Assembly (NCBI RefSeq): GCF_964194025.1
Contig: NC_134472.1
Span: forward strand, 38,564,001-38,628,000
Direction of reading: 5' to 3'
DNA length: 64,000 bases
Origin: Convolutriloba macropyga
Taxonomy: Eukaryota
Below, one piece after another: positions 36,009 to 50,000 of this stretch (the stretch's first letter is position 1; each line of letters begins with the position of its first letter). The notes under the pieces were generated by a model. It had not been told where the DNA came from, ran no database searches, and saw nothing but the letters and a program-made list of their open reading frames with translations. The position numbers were made by a program, and so were the translations under genes.

Positions 36009-36484
36009 CCCGCCTACCCAAACACGCCGAAATTTGTTATTTTCCGTCTTTAATAACCTCTAATGACGTCCTTTGAAGCATCCTAGTGATCTTCTGTCCC
36101 CTTCCCTCCTCCAGGCTACCTCCACTCCCATCCCCCGCGATTTAAGCAGGTTGAAATGGTTCCGACGTTTGTTGGTTGTTTCGCCATTCTTATTTTATGC
36201 CATCGCTGAGTGTACAGAATTTAGGCATCAACGCGAGCTAATTACCAAAATTACTACAACCACTCAAATTTTATTTTTGCTTAATGTTGATTACTTTTTT
36301 AATTGACTCGCTCAAGTGGACAGTGTGTTAGGATTAACAATAAATGTTGGCTTGCCTGTTGCAATTTATCTGACCACAAAAAGCTTTCAACTCGTTCCTT
36401 TTTCCGCAAAAAAAACAACTTAATTGTTCTGAAAATGTCAATAAAACTTAGTTATCGTCTTAAAGTCCAATGTTTTGTTTTTAG

Positions 36485-37011
36485 GTTATAAAGAACTTTC
36501 ACAAAACTCAATGGTACAAGAAATTGGAGAAGAGCAATTACAAGAGCTCATCAACTTCTGTCTCAATTACATGTCCAAAATTACCCTCCCTTGCAAAAGA
36601 GGCACTTTCATTGAGTATCGAAGAGGCATGCTAAATGTCAGTCCTATTGGGCGGGCATGTTCGCAAGGAGAACGCGATGAATTCTTCGCTTATGACAAAG
36701 AGCATAATATTAGAAAGGATATGGTAGCAGCACTTGAGGCCAAGTTTGAAGGGTGCAATCTTAAATTTAGCATTGGAGGACAAATTAGCATTGACGTATT
36801 CCCAGTGGGCTGGGATAAAACTTATTGTCTTCAGTTTGTCCTAGGGGAGAACTATGGCTTTACTGAGATTCATTTTGCTGGTGACAAAACATCACCTGGA
36901 GGAAACGATTATGAAATATTCACTGACAGCCGTACAATTGGACATACTGTTACGTGCCCGGAAGACACGATTAAATTGATCGACCAAATTGTTGAAGCTC
37001 AGAAGAGCTGA
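36485..37011 (+). CDS. PMM2: Phosphomannomutase exon 2; spliced product 274 aa
   Basis: Acceptor TTTTTAG|, in frame with exon 1. Motifs [42 protein letters not shown] and [14 protein letters not shown]. Confidence 0.95.
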
Positions 37012-37520
37012 AATTGGTTGTCATAAAAAATTTGCATCCGGGGATTGCACTTTGGGCTGCATTGTAATTGTGTAAAGGTCAAATCGGGAAATAATTCAAG
37101 AGCATTATCTTGAATTCTGATCATTTATGGTACGTTGGCACAAATTGTATAAATGTAAAAATGTGTTGTAAAATTGTTTTAGTAACTGTTCACGTCGATT
37201 TTACCACAAAGCAGTTTTTGGTTACTGGAAATTAAACACTGGTCAAACATTTTTTTTTCGATATAAACCAATTATTTTGAGAGCCCTAGTTGTATAGCTA
37301 CAATTACATATCTAACATCTCTACATTAGATGGTGCTGATATCAATCTAATCGATGCGAGTTATTAATAGCCGAGCTGGGCTGTATTAATAGCTGCGAAA
37401 GCGATAGCTGATCGGAGCTATCATTGGCCCTCTTTTGTTTTTTTACAATTCAAACAATCTATTGTATTTGAGCGCTGGCGGAATTTTTTGTTCACGTGCG
37501 GTTTTTTCAAAGCAGTTTTT

Positions 37521-40500
37521 TTAATAGCCGCGAAGCGATAGCGGCTATTATTGGGGACATCGTGTTTTTTACAATTCAAAGAATTTTTTTAAGCTGTCTT
37601 TTTTTAAGATCTGTTCACACATTTTCATGATTTTTGAAGTCGAATTGGATAGTGATTCTGGTCACGCCGAATCAGGAAGTGGAGCGAAAAGGCGAGCCGT
37701 TTTGCGGCGGGAAATTTTTTCGCTCTAATTTTAAAATAGTGAGAAAACGGTGTTTGAACAAAAATTCGTTTTCTCGCTAGTGGTTTTTTGTTCTGAGCGA
37801 AAGAAGTTTTTTGATCATGCGCTGCGTTTAGTGAATGACTTTTTGACTTTGAAAAGTAGTTTCTGACCGATTGGCACATATAGATAACCATTTTTAGCCG
37901 TTTTTTCGTCTTAGTGGCCCATTTTTTTTTTGCTTTTAATTTGGTTTCTTGTAGACATAATTTTTATTCGATGCTATATTGAAATTTTTCAACCTCGGAA
38001 ATTGATGCCAGTGTTTTGCAGAGCCTGAAAGTGCGTTTGAATTTCAAAATTATCACATATTTCGGGATTTTTTTAGTTAATTTTGGCTTTTTTTTTAATT
38101 TCTTCATTTTTGGATCTTTTAACCGTCTTTTTGTCAAAAATCAGTTAATATGGCAATTTCCCTTTGATAATTCATATACTCAACGCCTCTTTCTACCTCG
38201 ATGTAATTTTGCTTTATAAAATTGTACATATGCTAATCCGATTTTGGAATTGTTTGTATCCAGTTTTTTTGTTTGTATTTTGTTTGTAATTACTAGAAAT
38301 AGTCATTTTGTGCAACACGAGGGACTTTCATTTCGTTTCAATAAAAATTCAATCATTTTTGGGCGTTAAGTTTTTGAAAAACAGATCTCTTCAGAAAAAC
38401 TTCTTCATAAATGCTGTCTTAAAAGTTTTTTTGGCCATTTTTTTGCAAAATGTATCATTGTCAGGATTTCGTATGTTTGAATCCTTTTTTCCCTGTTTTT
38501 GTGTTCAGGAGGATAGATCTTTGTATCCGATAACTAGTAATCTTTTCTATGTCTCGAATGCTGAACAATGAAATTTGTTCGTTTTTCTTGATTTTTTAAA
38601 TTTGATATTTAACTTTCAAAAATCAAGAATGTCTTTATTACGGTGTTTCTTAGATTGTGCCCATTTTCTTCATATTCTAGTTAGTATCCTTCTAGCTTTT
38701 TCCTGGCACCTACATTTATTTTCGTTATATTAATTTTTTCAGTTCTTAAAAATTTGAATTTCAGCTTTTTCTTAGATTTTCGTCAAATCTTTAGTTTTAA
38801 TTGATTATATTCAACGTAAGGCAGTACTGAGAGTTTGCTAGAAAAAATTCCACTGCTTACTTTTTGTTGCAATTTCCTTCCGCCCGTGAATTGTTTTTAA
38901 ACGATTTTTTGCCTTTGAATAATATTCTGTTGCTTATGTCTTTTTTATTATTTCAATTTTTGATTTAGTATGAAATCATGTTTTCTAGCATATATACAAC
39001 AAGGAAGAATTATGTGTTGTTTTTGGCTCAGTTGCAGTGATTAGAAATTTAGTTATAGTGGTTTTCTGATTCTCAAATTTGAGCATTCTTTTTTGAAGAA
39101 TTTATCTTAGTTTCTTAAATTATCTTCCGTTTGCTTTCGTGATCTTTTTGAGAATAGAATGATGAATTATTTGAGGGCAATTGATAGCCCTGTAATATTT
39201 TGATCATTCTAATTACTTCGGACTTTTTTAACGTTACCAAACGTTTTCGGTAATATAAAATGTTGCTGCATTTTGTTTCTCTTCGTGACAATGGTTTAAA
39301 TTTCACCAATCTTTAGATTAGTCCTTGGGCCTATCAGTATATTGACCATCCTAATTATTTCAAATTTTTTTACGATACCAAACGTTTTCAATGATATAAC
39401 ATTTTGCTGTATTTTGTTTCTCTTGACGACAGTGGTTCAAATTTCACCAATCTTTAGATAAGTCCTGGGGAGTTAATGATTTAATACAAAAGGTAATGCT
39501 TTCAGCTTCAATTACGGTTTTTTATAAGGTTTTGACGCTTCGAATTGCTTCCGGAATTCTTCCGGCTATGTTTTCTTTTCGTCGCGATTTTTGTTTCGAC
39601 CATATGACGTCACAACCACTTCAAATCTGCTTTTTGTTCATTCGTTCATGCAATGTCAACTGGAGTGCCTGCGTGACGTCATTTTTTGCTCTTAGTGGAG
39701 TGAGTTTTTTGTTCACTTGCGTGATTAAATGTTTGGTCAGACTTGACTTACCTCACTCTCAAAATTGACTTCCTCACTTTAAAATTGATTTTTTTTACTT
39801 TAGTTCAAAGAGATAAGGTCAAATGGGTGTGTGTTACTCTAAATAAAGGTTATTAGAGAGCAGCTAATAGAGGCAGTAGAAACTTATACAGATTTTTATC
39901 AAAATATAACATATCAGCCTTCAATGAAAAGACGAATTTTTTGGTCTCTTACTGTTTTTTTGAGACTGCGGATTGCGAAGCTGTTGCGGCTATTTTCTGG
40001 CAATCTGCCAGCTATATTTTCGATTTTTTCGGATCGAATTTTTTTCTAAATGGTTTTCACAATCCTTTCATAGTTCATTCTAGGCCTAATTTCTTGTTTG
40101 AACCAAATTTCCAATTCTCGCTATTGTTTTTTTGTTCACATGCGGCATTTTGACATTGATTTTCTGTTCTTTTTATCTGTTTTTTTTGGAAATTGTTTTC
40201 CCAATTCACTCATAGTCGATTCTAGGTCTCTTTGTTTGTTTAGTCAATGAAAATTCTTTGAATTGTACGCGAGGACTTCTCCTGCTATGTTTTTTGAATT
40301 CATTGTCTCCATCGATGATTCTTATGACCTGACTTTTTGGAATCGAATTTTTCAATGACTTCAGTGACTTGTACTGCTTTGCAGTTAAAATTTGTGTACG
40401 TGACGTCATTTTGCTTTTAGGTCAAATGCGTGACTTACCTCGCTAAAAAAATTACTTCCGAACTCACTTATTGAACGTTAAATTTTGTGGGCATTTACTA

Positions 40501-40710
40501 GTTGAAGATCAATAGTGTGCATATAAGTAGTGTCAATCCTATGTGACCTAATTCTTGAGAATTAGTCTTCAGTTTTTGATTTCGAATAGCAATTTTGAAA
40601 AATCTTTTTTAGGGTTTTCTTTGGTCGATCTGTCGATATTATTTTTTAGTGGTTTCAATTCATGGTAGGCCACAAGCGGCTATTTTCCGGCAATCTGCTG
40701 GCTATGTTTT
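37521..40710 (+). mobile_element. Composite Helentron-like element(s), family A, with stacked 3' termini
   Basis: 5' palindrome TAATAGCCGC-GAAGCGATA-GCGGCTATTA (37522-37550) after a T-run. 3' terminus at 39980-40020 (GCTGTTGCGGCTATT + CTGGCA-ATC-TGCCAG + CTATATTTT) and a second at ~40676-40710. Internal ~145-bp tandem duplication at 39196-39470. Confidence 0.65.
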
Positions 40711-41002
40711 TTAATTTTCAACTTTTTTAAATTGCTCTCGAATTATAAGAAATTGTGTCTTTTTTAATGCCGATTTTTCGCCTGGGCGTTTTTGCGCTTT
40801 TCTTCTATAGCCTGGCGAATAGTCGTTGAGTTATCAAGTAATTCTTCACGCACTTTTTGACCTTTGAGTGATTCGATGACAAGACCCTGATAAACGAGTG
40901 GTTAATGCCTCTAGAGGTGGAGGAATCAGAATCAGCCCTACATTTGCCTGATGCTTTTTTATTCAAAATGAAAATTTTACTTTCTGCATGTCATTCGGGA
41001 GC

Positions 41003-44000
41003 AATTTTATTGAAGGAGATTAAAATCAGTCTATGACATTCTAAATGAAGGTCTTTAAATCAATTATTGTCTGAATGAAATTGACGGAGGAATAGAAACG
41101 CGTGAAAATCGTGTTTTTTGCTGATCAAATATTGAAAGTGGCGTGAAAATGCTTTTTTGTTCGTACCGACACCTTAGAGAGTAAAGAGCGAATAGTTGAG
41201 GTGTAAAAATGTCCTCTAAGCTAGCAGACTTTTTTGTTCGCCGATTTCGTGTAAATTAATTTGAAGAGTTTAAGCGAGTTTGGAGTGTCATAGTCTAATA
41301 TTATATTACAAAATTGTTAGTACATTTTTATATTTAATTGGAAATTGTTTTTGTCGGTTTTTTCCTCAAGTGTTTTCCTCATATCTTTGGCTTAATATCC
41401 TTTGACTTCAGATTGTTCTTAGTTGTCTTCAGTTTTTCTAGGAAAATTTGTTTATTCCCGAAGCTGGTTTTTTGAAGAAGTCGACTGTTAGTCTTTTCGA
41501 GAACTTTAAAATTAAATGCGTAAAAGAATTTGTAGTGGTTTTTTGATGAACAAAATTGAAGAGGGGAAAAGATTTTTTGATCATACGCCGTTTAATTTTC
41601 GAGAAATTGAATTGTGAAAAATCTAAAAGGCAAAATTTTTATTCAGGTTAAGTATTTTCAAGCAATTTTTTTTAAAAAAATTCTTTACGGAAAAATCTTT
41701 TAGAGGCGCGATCAGTATTTTTGCGGATGTGTCGAACGTGTTTTGACAATTATAACTAGTTTTAAGCTAATTTAGAGATTTTTTGTGAGTGCTTTTTCAG
41801 TCTGTTATAACCATTTTTGGTTCACTTTTTTATAGAATTCAGTGGGAAGTGATTAAATTAATTTGCAGGCATTTTTAATAACTAATTCATTGCATCTTTT
41901 TGTTAAAAGTTGTCTTTTGTTGGAGTATATTAGCCCCCCATAATGCCGGCTTCTTTAAGCGCTGAACGGCTACTACCGAAGCCAACAGCTCGCCGGTAAT
42001 TTAAGAGCAATTCGACCAACGTTTGTCGGTCAGGTTTTGTTGTTTATATTTAATTGGAAATTGTTTTTTGTCGGTTTTTTCCACAAGTGTTCTTATTCCT
42101 TTGGCTTATTTTCCTTTGACTTCAGATTGTTCTTAATTGCTTCAGTTCTTTTAGGATAATTTTTTCCAAAAAGCTGATTTTTTGAAGAAGGCGACTCTTA
42201 GAGTATTTTTGAGTCAATTGTATTGGAGTAAGTTTGAACTTTAAAATTAAATGCGTAAAAGAATTTGTAGTGGTTTTTTGATGAACAAAATTGGATAGAG
42301 GGGAAAAGATTTTTTTGTTCATACGCCGTAAAATAATTTTCGAGAAAATGAAGTGTGAAAAATCTAAAAGGCAAAATTTTTATTCAGGTAAACCTTTTTC
42401 TTTGACATTTTTACGGAAAATTTGTTTAGATGCCTGATCATTATTGTTTGCGGATGTGTCAAAAGTGTTTTGAAAATTAAAAACAGTTTTAAGCTAATTT
42501 AGAGATTTTTTGTGAGTGCTTTTTCAGTCTGTTATAACCATTTTTGGTTCACTTTTTTATAGAATTCAGTGGGAAGTGATTAAATTAATTTGCAGGCATT
42601 TTTAATAACTAATTCATTGCATCTTTTTGTTAAAAGTTGTCTTTTGTTGGAGTATATTAGCCCCCCATAATGCCGGCTTCTTTAAGCGCTGAACGGCTAC
42701 TACCGATGCCAACAGCTCGCCGGTAATTTAAGAGCAATTCGACCAACGTTTGTCGGTCAGGTTTTGTTGTTTATATTTAATTGGAAATTGTTTTTTGTCG
42801 GTTTTTTCCACAAGTGTTCTTATTCCTTTGGCTTATTTTCCTTTGACTTCAGATTGTTCTTAATTGCTTCAGTTCTTTTAGGATAATTTTTTCCAAAAAG
42901 CTGATTTTTTGAAGAAGGCGACTCTTAGAGTATTTTTGAGTCAATTGTATTGGAGTAAGTTTGAACTTTAAAATTAAATGCGTAAAAGAATTTGTAGTGG
43001 TTTTTTGATGAACAAAATTGGATAGAGGGGAAAAGATTTTTTTGTTCATACGCCGTAAAATAATTTTCGAGAAAATGAAGTGTGAAAAATCTAAAAGGCA
43101 AAATTTTTATTCAGGTAAACCTTTTTCTTTGACATTTTTACGGAAAATTTGTTTAGATGCCTGATCATTATTGTTTGCGGATGTGTCAAAAGTGTTTTGA
43201 AAATTAAAAACAGTTTTAAGCTAATTTAGAGATTTTTTGTGAGTGCTTTTTCAGTCTGTTATAACCATTTTTGGTTCACTTTTTTATAGAATTCAGTGGG
43301 AAGTGATTAAATTAATTTGCAGGCATTTTTAATAACTAATTCATTGCATCTTTTTGTTAAAAGTTGTCTTTTGTTGGAGTATATTAGCCCCCCATAATGC
43401 CGGCTTCTTTAAGCGCTGAACGGCTACTACCGATGCCAACAGCTCGCCGGTAATTTAAGAGCAATTCGACCAACGTTTGTCGGTCAGGTTTTGTTGTTTA
43501 TATTTAATTGGAAATTGTTTTTTGTCGGTTTTTTCCACAAGTGTTCTTATTCCTTTGGCTTATTTTCCTTTGACTTCAGATTGTTCTTAATTGCTTCAGT
43601 TCTTTTAGGATAATTTTTTCCAAAAAGCTGATTTTTTGAAGAAGGCGACTCTTAGAGTATTTTTGAGTCAATTGTATTGGAGTAAGTTTGAACTTTAAAA
43701 TTAAATGCGTAAAAGAATTTGTAGTGGTTTTTTGATGAACAAAATTGGATAGAGGGGAAAAGATTTTTTGATCATACGCCGTTTAATTTTCGAGAAATTG
43801 AATTGTGAAAAATCTAAAAGGCAAAATTTTTATTCAGGTTAAGTATTTTCAAGCAATTTTTTTTAAAAAAATTTCTTTACGGAAAAATCTTTGAGGCGCG
43901 ATCAGTATTTTTGCGGATGTGTCGAACGTGTTTTGACAATTATAACTAGTTTTAAGCTAATTTAGCGATTTTTTGTGAGTGCTTTTTCAGTCTGTTATAA

Positions 44001-47000
44001 CCATTTTTGGTTCACTTTTTTATAGAATTCAGTGGGAAGTGATTAAATTAATTTGCAGGCATTTTTAATAACTAATTCATTGCATCTTTTTGTTAAAAGT
44101 TGTCTTTTGTTGGAGTATATTAGCCCCCCATAATGCCGGTTTCTTTAAGCGCTGAACGGCTACTACCGAAGTCAACAGCTCGCCGGTAATTTAAGAGCAA
44201 TTCGACCAACGTTTGTCGGTCAGGTTTTGTTGTTTATATTTAATTGGAAATTGTTTTTTGTCGGTTTTTTCCACAAGTGTTCTTATTCCTTTGGCTTATT
44301 TTCCTTTGACTTCAGATTGTTCTTAATTGCTTCAGTTCTTTTAGGATAATTTTTTCCAAAAAGCTGATTTTTTGAAGAAGGCGACTCTTAGAGTATTTTT
44401 GAGTCAATTGTATTGGAGTAAGTTTGAACTTTAAAATTAAATGCGTAAAAGAATTTGTAGTGGTTTTTTGATGAACAAAATTGGATAGAGGGGAAAAGAT
44501 TTTTTTTGTTCATACGCCGTAAAATAATTTTCGAGAAATTGAAGTGTGAAAAATCTAAAAGGCAAAATTTTTATTCAGGTAAACCTTTTTCAAACAATTT
44601 TCTTTTTGACATTTTTACGGAAAATTTGTTTAGATGCCTGATCATTATTGTTTGCGGATGTGTCAAAAGTGTTTTGAAAATTAAAAACAGTTTTAAGCTA
44701 ATTTAGAGATATTTTGTGAGTGCTTTTTCAGTCTGTTATAACCATTTTTGGTTCACTTTTTTATTGAATTCAGTGGGAAGTGATTAAATTAATTTGCAGG
44801 CATTTTTAATAACTAATTCATTGCATCTTTTTGTTAAAAGTTGTCTTTTGTTGGAGTATATTAGCCCCCCATAACGCCGGCTTCTTTAAGCGCTGAACGG
44901 CTACTACCGAGGCCAACAGCTCGCCGGTAATTTAAGAGCAATTCGACCAACGTTTGTCGTTCAGGTTTTGTTGTTTATATTTAATTGGAAATTGTTTTTT
45001 GTCGGTTTTTTCCACAAGTGTTCTTATTCCTTTGGCTTATTTTCCTTTGACTTCAGATTGTTCTTAATTGCTTCAGTTTTTTTGGGATAATTTTTTCCAA
45101 AAGCTGATTTTTTGAAGAAGGCGACTCTTAGAGTATTTTTGAGTCAATTGTATTGGAGTAAGTTTGAACTTTAAAATTTAATGCGTAAAAGAATTTGTAG
45201 TGGTTTTTTGATGAACAAAATTGGATAGAGGGGAAAAGATTTTTTTTGTTCATACGCCGTAAAATAATTTCCGAGAAATTGAAGTGTGAAAAATCTAAAA
45301 GGCAAAATTTTTATTCAGGTAAACCTTTTTCAAACAATTTTCTTTTTGACATTTTTACGGAAAATTTGTTTAGATGCCTGATCATTATTGTTTTCGGATG
45401 TGTCAAAAGTGTTTTGAAAATTAAAAACAGTTTTAAGCTAATTTAGAGATTTTTTGTGAGTGTTTTTTCAGTCTGTTATAACCATTTTTGGTTCACTTTT
45501 TTATTGAATTCAGTGGGAATTGATTAAATTAATTTGCAGGCATTTTTAATAACTAATTCATTGCATCTTTTTGTTAAAAGTTGTCTTTTGTTGGAGTATA
45601 TTAGCCCCCCATAATGCCGGCTTCTTTAAGCGCTGAACGGCTACTACCGAAGCCAACAGCTCGCCGGTAATTTAAGAGCAATTGGACCAACGTTTGTCGG
45701 TCGGGCTTTGTTGTTTATATTTAATTGGAAATTGTTTTTTGTCGGTTTTTTCCACAAGTGTTCTTATTCCTGTGGCTTATTTTCCTTTGACTTCAGATTG
45801 TTCTTAATTGCTTCAGTTTTTTAGGATAATTTTTTCCAAAAGCTGATTTTTTGAAGAAGGCGACTCTTAGAGTATTTTTGAGTCAATTGTATTGGAGTAA
45901 GTTTGAACTTTAAAATTAAATGCGTAAAAGAATTTGTAGTGGTTTTTTGATGAACAAAATTGGATAGAGGGGAAAAGATTTTTTTGTTCATACGCCGTAA
46001 AATAATTTTTGAGAAATTGAAGTGTGAAAAATCTAAAAGGCAAAATTTTTATTCAGGTAAACCTTTTTCAAACAATTTTCTTTTTGACAACATTTTTACG
46101 GAAAATTTGTTTAGATGCCTGATCATTATTGTTTGCGGATGTGTCAAAAGTGTTTTGAAAATGAAAAACAGTTTTAAGCAAATTTAGAGATTTTTTGTGA
46201 GTGCTTTTTCAGTCTGTTATAACCATTTTTGGTTCACTTTTTTATAGAATTCAGTGGGAAGTGATTACATTAATTTGCAGGCGTTTTTAATAACTAATTC
46301 ATTGCATCTTTTTGTTAAAAGTTGTCTTTTGTTGGAGTATATTAGCCCCCCATAATGCCGGCTTCTTTAAGCGCTGAACGGCTACTACCGAAGCCAACAG
46401 CTCGCCGGTAATTTAAGAGCAATTCGACCAACGTTTGTCGGTCGGGTTTTGTTGTTTATATTTAATTGGAAATTGTTTTTTGTCGGTTTTTTCCACAAGT
46501 GTTCTTATTCCTGTGGCTTATTTTCCTTTGACTTCAGATTGTTCTTAATTGCTTCAGTTTTTTTAGGATAATTTTTTCCAAAAAGCTGACTTTTTGAAGA
46601 AGGCGATTCTTAGAGTATTTTTGAGTCAATTGTATTGGAGTAAGTTTGAACTTTAAAATTAAATGCGTAAAAGAATTTGTAGTGGTTTTTTGATGAACAA
46701 AATTGGATAGAGGGGAAAAGATTTTTTTGTTCATACGCCGTAAAATAATTTTCGAGAAAATGAAGTGTGAAAAATCTAAAAGGCAAAATTTTTATTCAGG
46801 TAAACCTTTTTCTTTGACATTTTTACGGAAAATTTGTTTAGATGCCTGATCATTATTGTTTGCGGATGTGTCAAAAGTGTTTTGAAAATTAAAAACAGTT
46901 TTAAGCTAATTTAGAGATTTTTTGTGAGTGCTTTTTCAGTCTGTTATAACCATTTTTGGTTCACTTTTTTATTGAATTCAGTGGGAAGTGAAAAAATAAT

Positions 47001-50000
47001 TTGCAGGCATTTTTAATAACTAATTCATTGCATCTTTTTTGAAAGTTGTCTTTTGTTGGAGTATATTAGCCCCCCATAATGCCGGCTTCCTTAAGCGCTG
47101 AACGGCTACTACCGAAGCCAACAGCTTGCCGGTAATTTAAGAGGAATTTGACCAAAGTTTGTCGGTTAGTTTTTTTGTTTACCGCGATTAAGCTTTTTGT
47201 GACTGAACTCACTCTCAATAATGACTTCCTCACTCAAACAGCTCTTTGATAACTTTTATTGAAGGAGATTAAATAAAATCAGTCTATGATATTCTAATTG
47301 AAGGTCTTTAAATCAATTATTGTCTGAGTTAAATTGACGGAGGAATGGAAACGCGTGAAAATTGTTTTTTGCTGATCAAATATAGAAAGTTGAGTGAAAG
47401 TGCTTTTCGTTCGTACCGACAGCTTAGATAGTAATGAGCAAATAATTGAGGTGTAAAAATGTCCTCTAAGTTAGCTGATTTTTTTGTTAGCTGTTTTCGT
47501 CTAAAGTAATTGAAAGAGTTTAAGCAAACTTGGAGTTTCATTGTCTATTATCATATTACTTCAAGAATTTTGGTACATATTTTATTGGAAGCTCCTTTGT
47601 CGGTTTTATAAAGTTTTTTCCTATTTTTTGGGCTAATTTTTCTTCGACTTCAGATTGTTCTTAATTGTGTTCAGTTTTTTTAGGATAATTTATTCCAAAA
47701 GTTGGTTTTTTTGAAGGCGACTCTTAGTCTTTTTGAGTCAATTGTATTTGAGTAAATTTTGAACTTTAAAGTTAAATGCGTAAAAGAATTTGTAGTGGTT
47801 TTTTGGGGAACAAAATTGTATAGAGGGGAAAAGATTTTTTGATCATACGCCGTATTATTTTCGAGAAACTGAATTGTGAAAAATCTGAAAGGCAAAGTTT
47901 TTATTCAGGTAAAGTATTTTCAAGCAATTTTTTTAAAAAAATTTCTTTACGGAAAAATCTTTTAGAGGCGCGATCATTATTTTTGCGGATGTGTCGAACG
48001 TGTTTTGACAATTATTGCGTGCTTTTGCAGTCTGTTAAAACCATTTTTGGTTCACTTTTTTTATTGAAATCAGTGGGAAGTGAATAAATTAATATGCAGG
48101 CATTTTTAATAACTAATTCATTGCATCTTTTTGTTAAAAGTTGTCTTTTGTTGGAGTATATTAGCCCCCCATAATGCCGGCTTCTTTAAGCGCTGAACGG
48201 CTACTACCGAAGCCAACAGTTCGCCGGTAATTTAAGAGCGATTCGACCAACGTTTGTCGGTCAGGTTTTGTTGTTTATATTTAATTGGAATTTGTTTTTT
48301 GTCGGTTTTTTTCCACAAGTGTTCTTATTCCTTTGGCTTTTTTTCCGTTGACTTCAGATTGTTCTTAATTGCTTCAGTTCTTTTAGGATAATTTTTTCCA
48401 AAAAGCTGACTTTTTGAAGAAGGCGACTCTTAGAGTATTTTTGAGTCAATTGTATTGGAGTAAGTTTGAACTTTAAAATTAAATGCGTAAAAGAGTTTGT
48501 AGTGGTTTTTTGATGAACAAAATTGGATAGAGGGGAAAAGATTTTTTGTTCATACGCCGTAAAATAATTTTCGAGAAATTGAAGTGTGAAAAATCTAAAA
48601 GGCAATATTTTTATTCAGGTAAACCTTTTTCAAACAATTTTCTTTTTGACATTTTTACGGAAAATTTGTTTAGAAGCCTGATCATTATTGTTTGCGGATG
48701 TGTCAAAAGTGTTTTGAAAATTAAAAACAGTTTTAAGCTAATTTAGAGATTTTTTGTGAGTGCTTTTTCAGTCTGTTATAACCATTTTTGGTTCACTTTT
48801 TTATTGAATTCAGTGGGAAGTGATTAAATTAATTTGCAGGCATTTTTAATAACTAATTCATTGCATCTTTTTGTTAAAAGTTGTCTTTTGTTGGAGTATA
48901 TTAGCCCCCCATAATGCCGGCTTGTTTAAGCGCTGAACGGCTACTACCGAAGCCAACAGCTTGCCGGTAATTTAAGAGCAATTCGACCAACGTTTGTCGG
49001 TCAGGTTTTGTTGTTTATATTTAATTGGAAATTGTTTTTTGTCGGTTTTTTCCACAAGTGTTCTTATTCCTTTGGCTTATTTTCCTTTGACTTCAGATTG
49101 TTCTTAATTGCTTCAGTTTTTTTGGGATAATTTTTTCCAAAAGCTGATTTTTTGAAGAAGGCAACTCTTAGAGTATTTTTGAGTCAATTGTATTGGAGTA
49201 AGTTTGAACTTTAAAATTTAATGCGTAAAAGAATTTGTAGTGGTTTTTTGATGAACAAAATTGGATAGAGGGGAAAAGATTTTTTTGTTCATACGCCGTA
49301 AAATAATTTTCGAGAAATTGAAGTGTGAAAAATCTAAAAGGCAAAATTTTTATTCAGGTAAACCTTTTTCAAACAATTTTCTTTTTGACAACATTTTTAC
49401 GGAAAATTTGTTTAGATGCCTGATTATTATTGTTTGCGGATGTGTCAAAAGTGTTTTGAAAATTAAAAACAGTTTTAAGCTAATTTAGAGATTTTTGTGA
49501 GTGCTTTTTCAGTCTGTTATAATCATTTTTGGTTCACTTTTTTATTGAATTCAGTGGGAAGTGAATAAATTAATTTGCAGGCATTTTTAATAACTAATTC
49601 ATTGCATCTTTTTTGAAAGTTGTCTTTTGTTGGAGTATATTAGCCCCCCATAATGCCGGCTTCCTTAAGCGCTGAACGGCTACTAACGAAGCCAACAGGG
49701 TGCCGGTAATTTAAGAGGAATTTGACCAAAGTTTGTTGGTTAGGTTTTTTGTTTACCGCGATTAAGCTTTTTGTGACTGAACTCACTCTCAATAATGACT
49801 TCCTCACTCAAACAGCTCTTTGATAACTTTTATTGAAGGAGATTAAATAAAATCAGTCTATGATATTCTAATTGAAGGTCTTTAAATCAATTATTGTCTG
49901 AGTTAAATTGACGGAGGAATGGAAACGCGTGAAAATTGTTTTTTGCTGATCAAATATAGAAAGTTGAGTGAAAGTGCTTTTTGTTCGTACCGACAGCTTA

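Noticed and set aside
35702-36076. His/Thr/Ala- and Cys/Val-rich ORFs
   Set aside because: They are translations of the CA/CG microsatellite.
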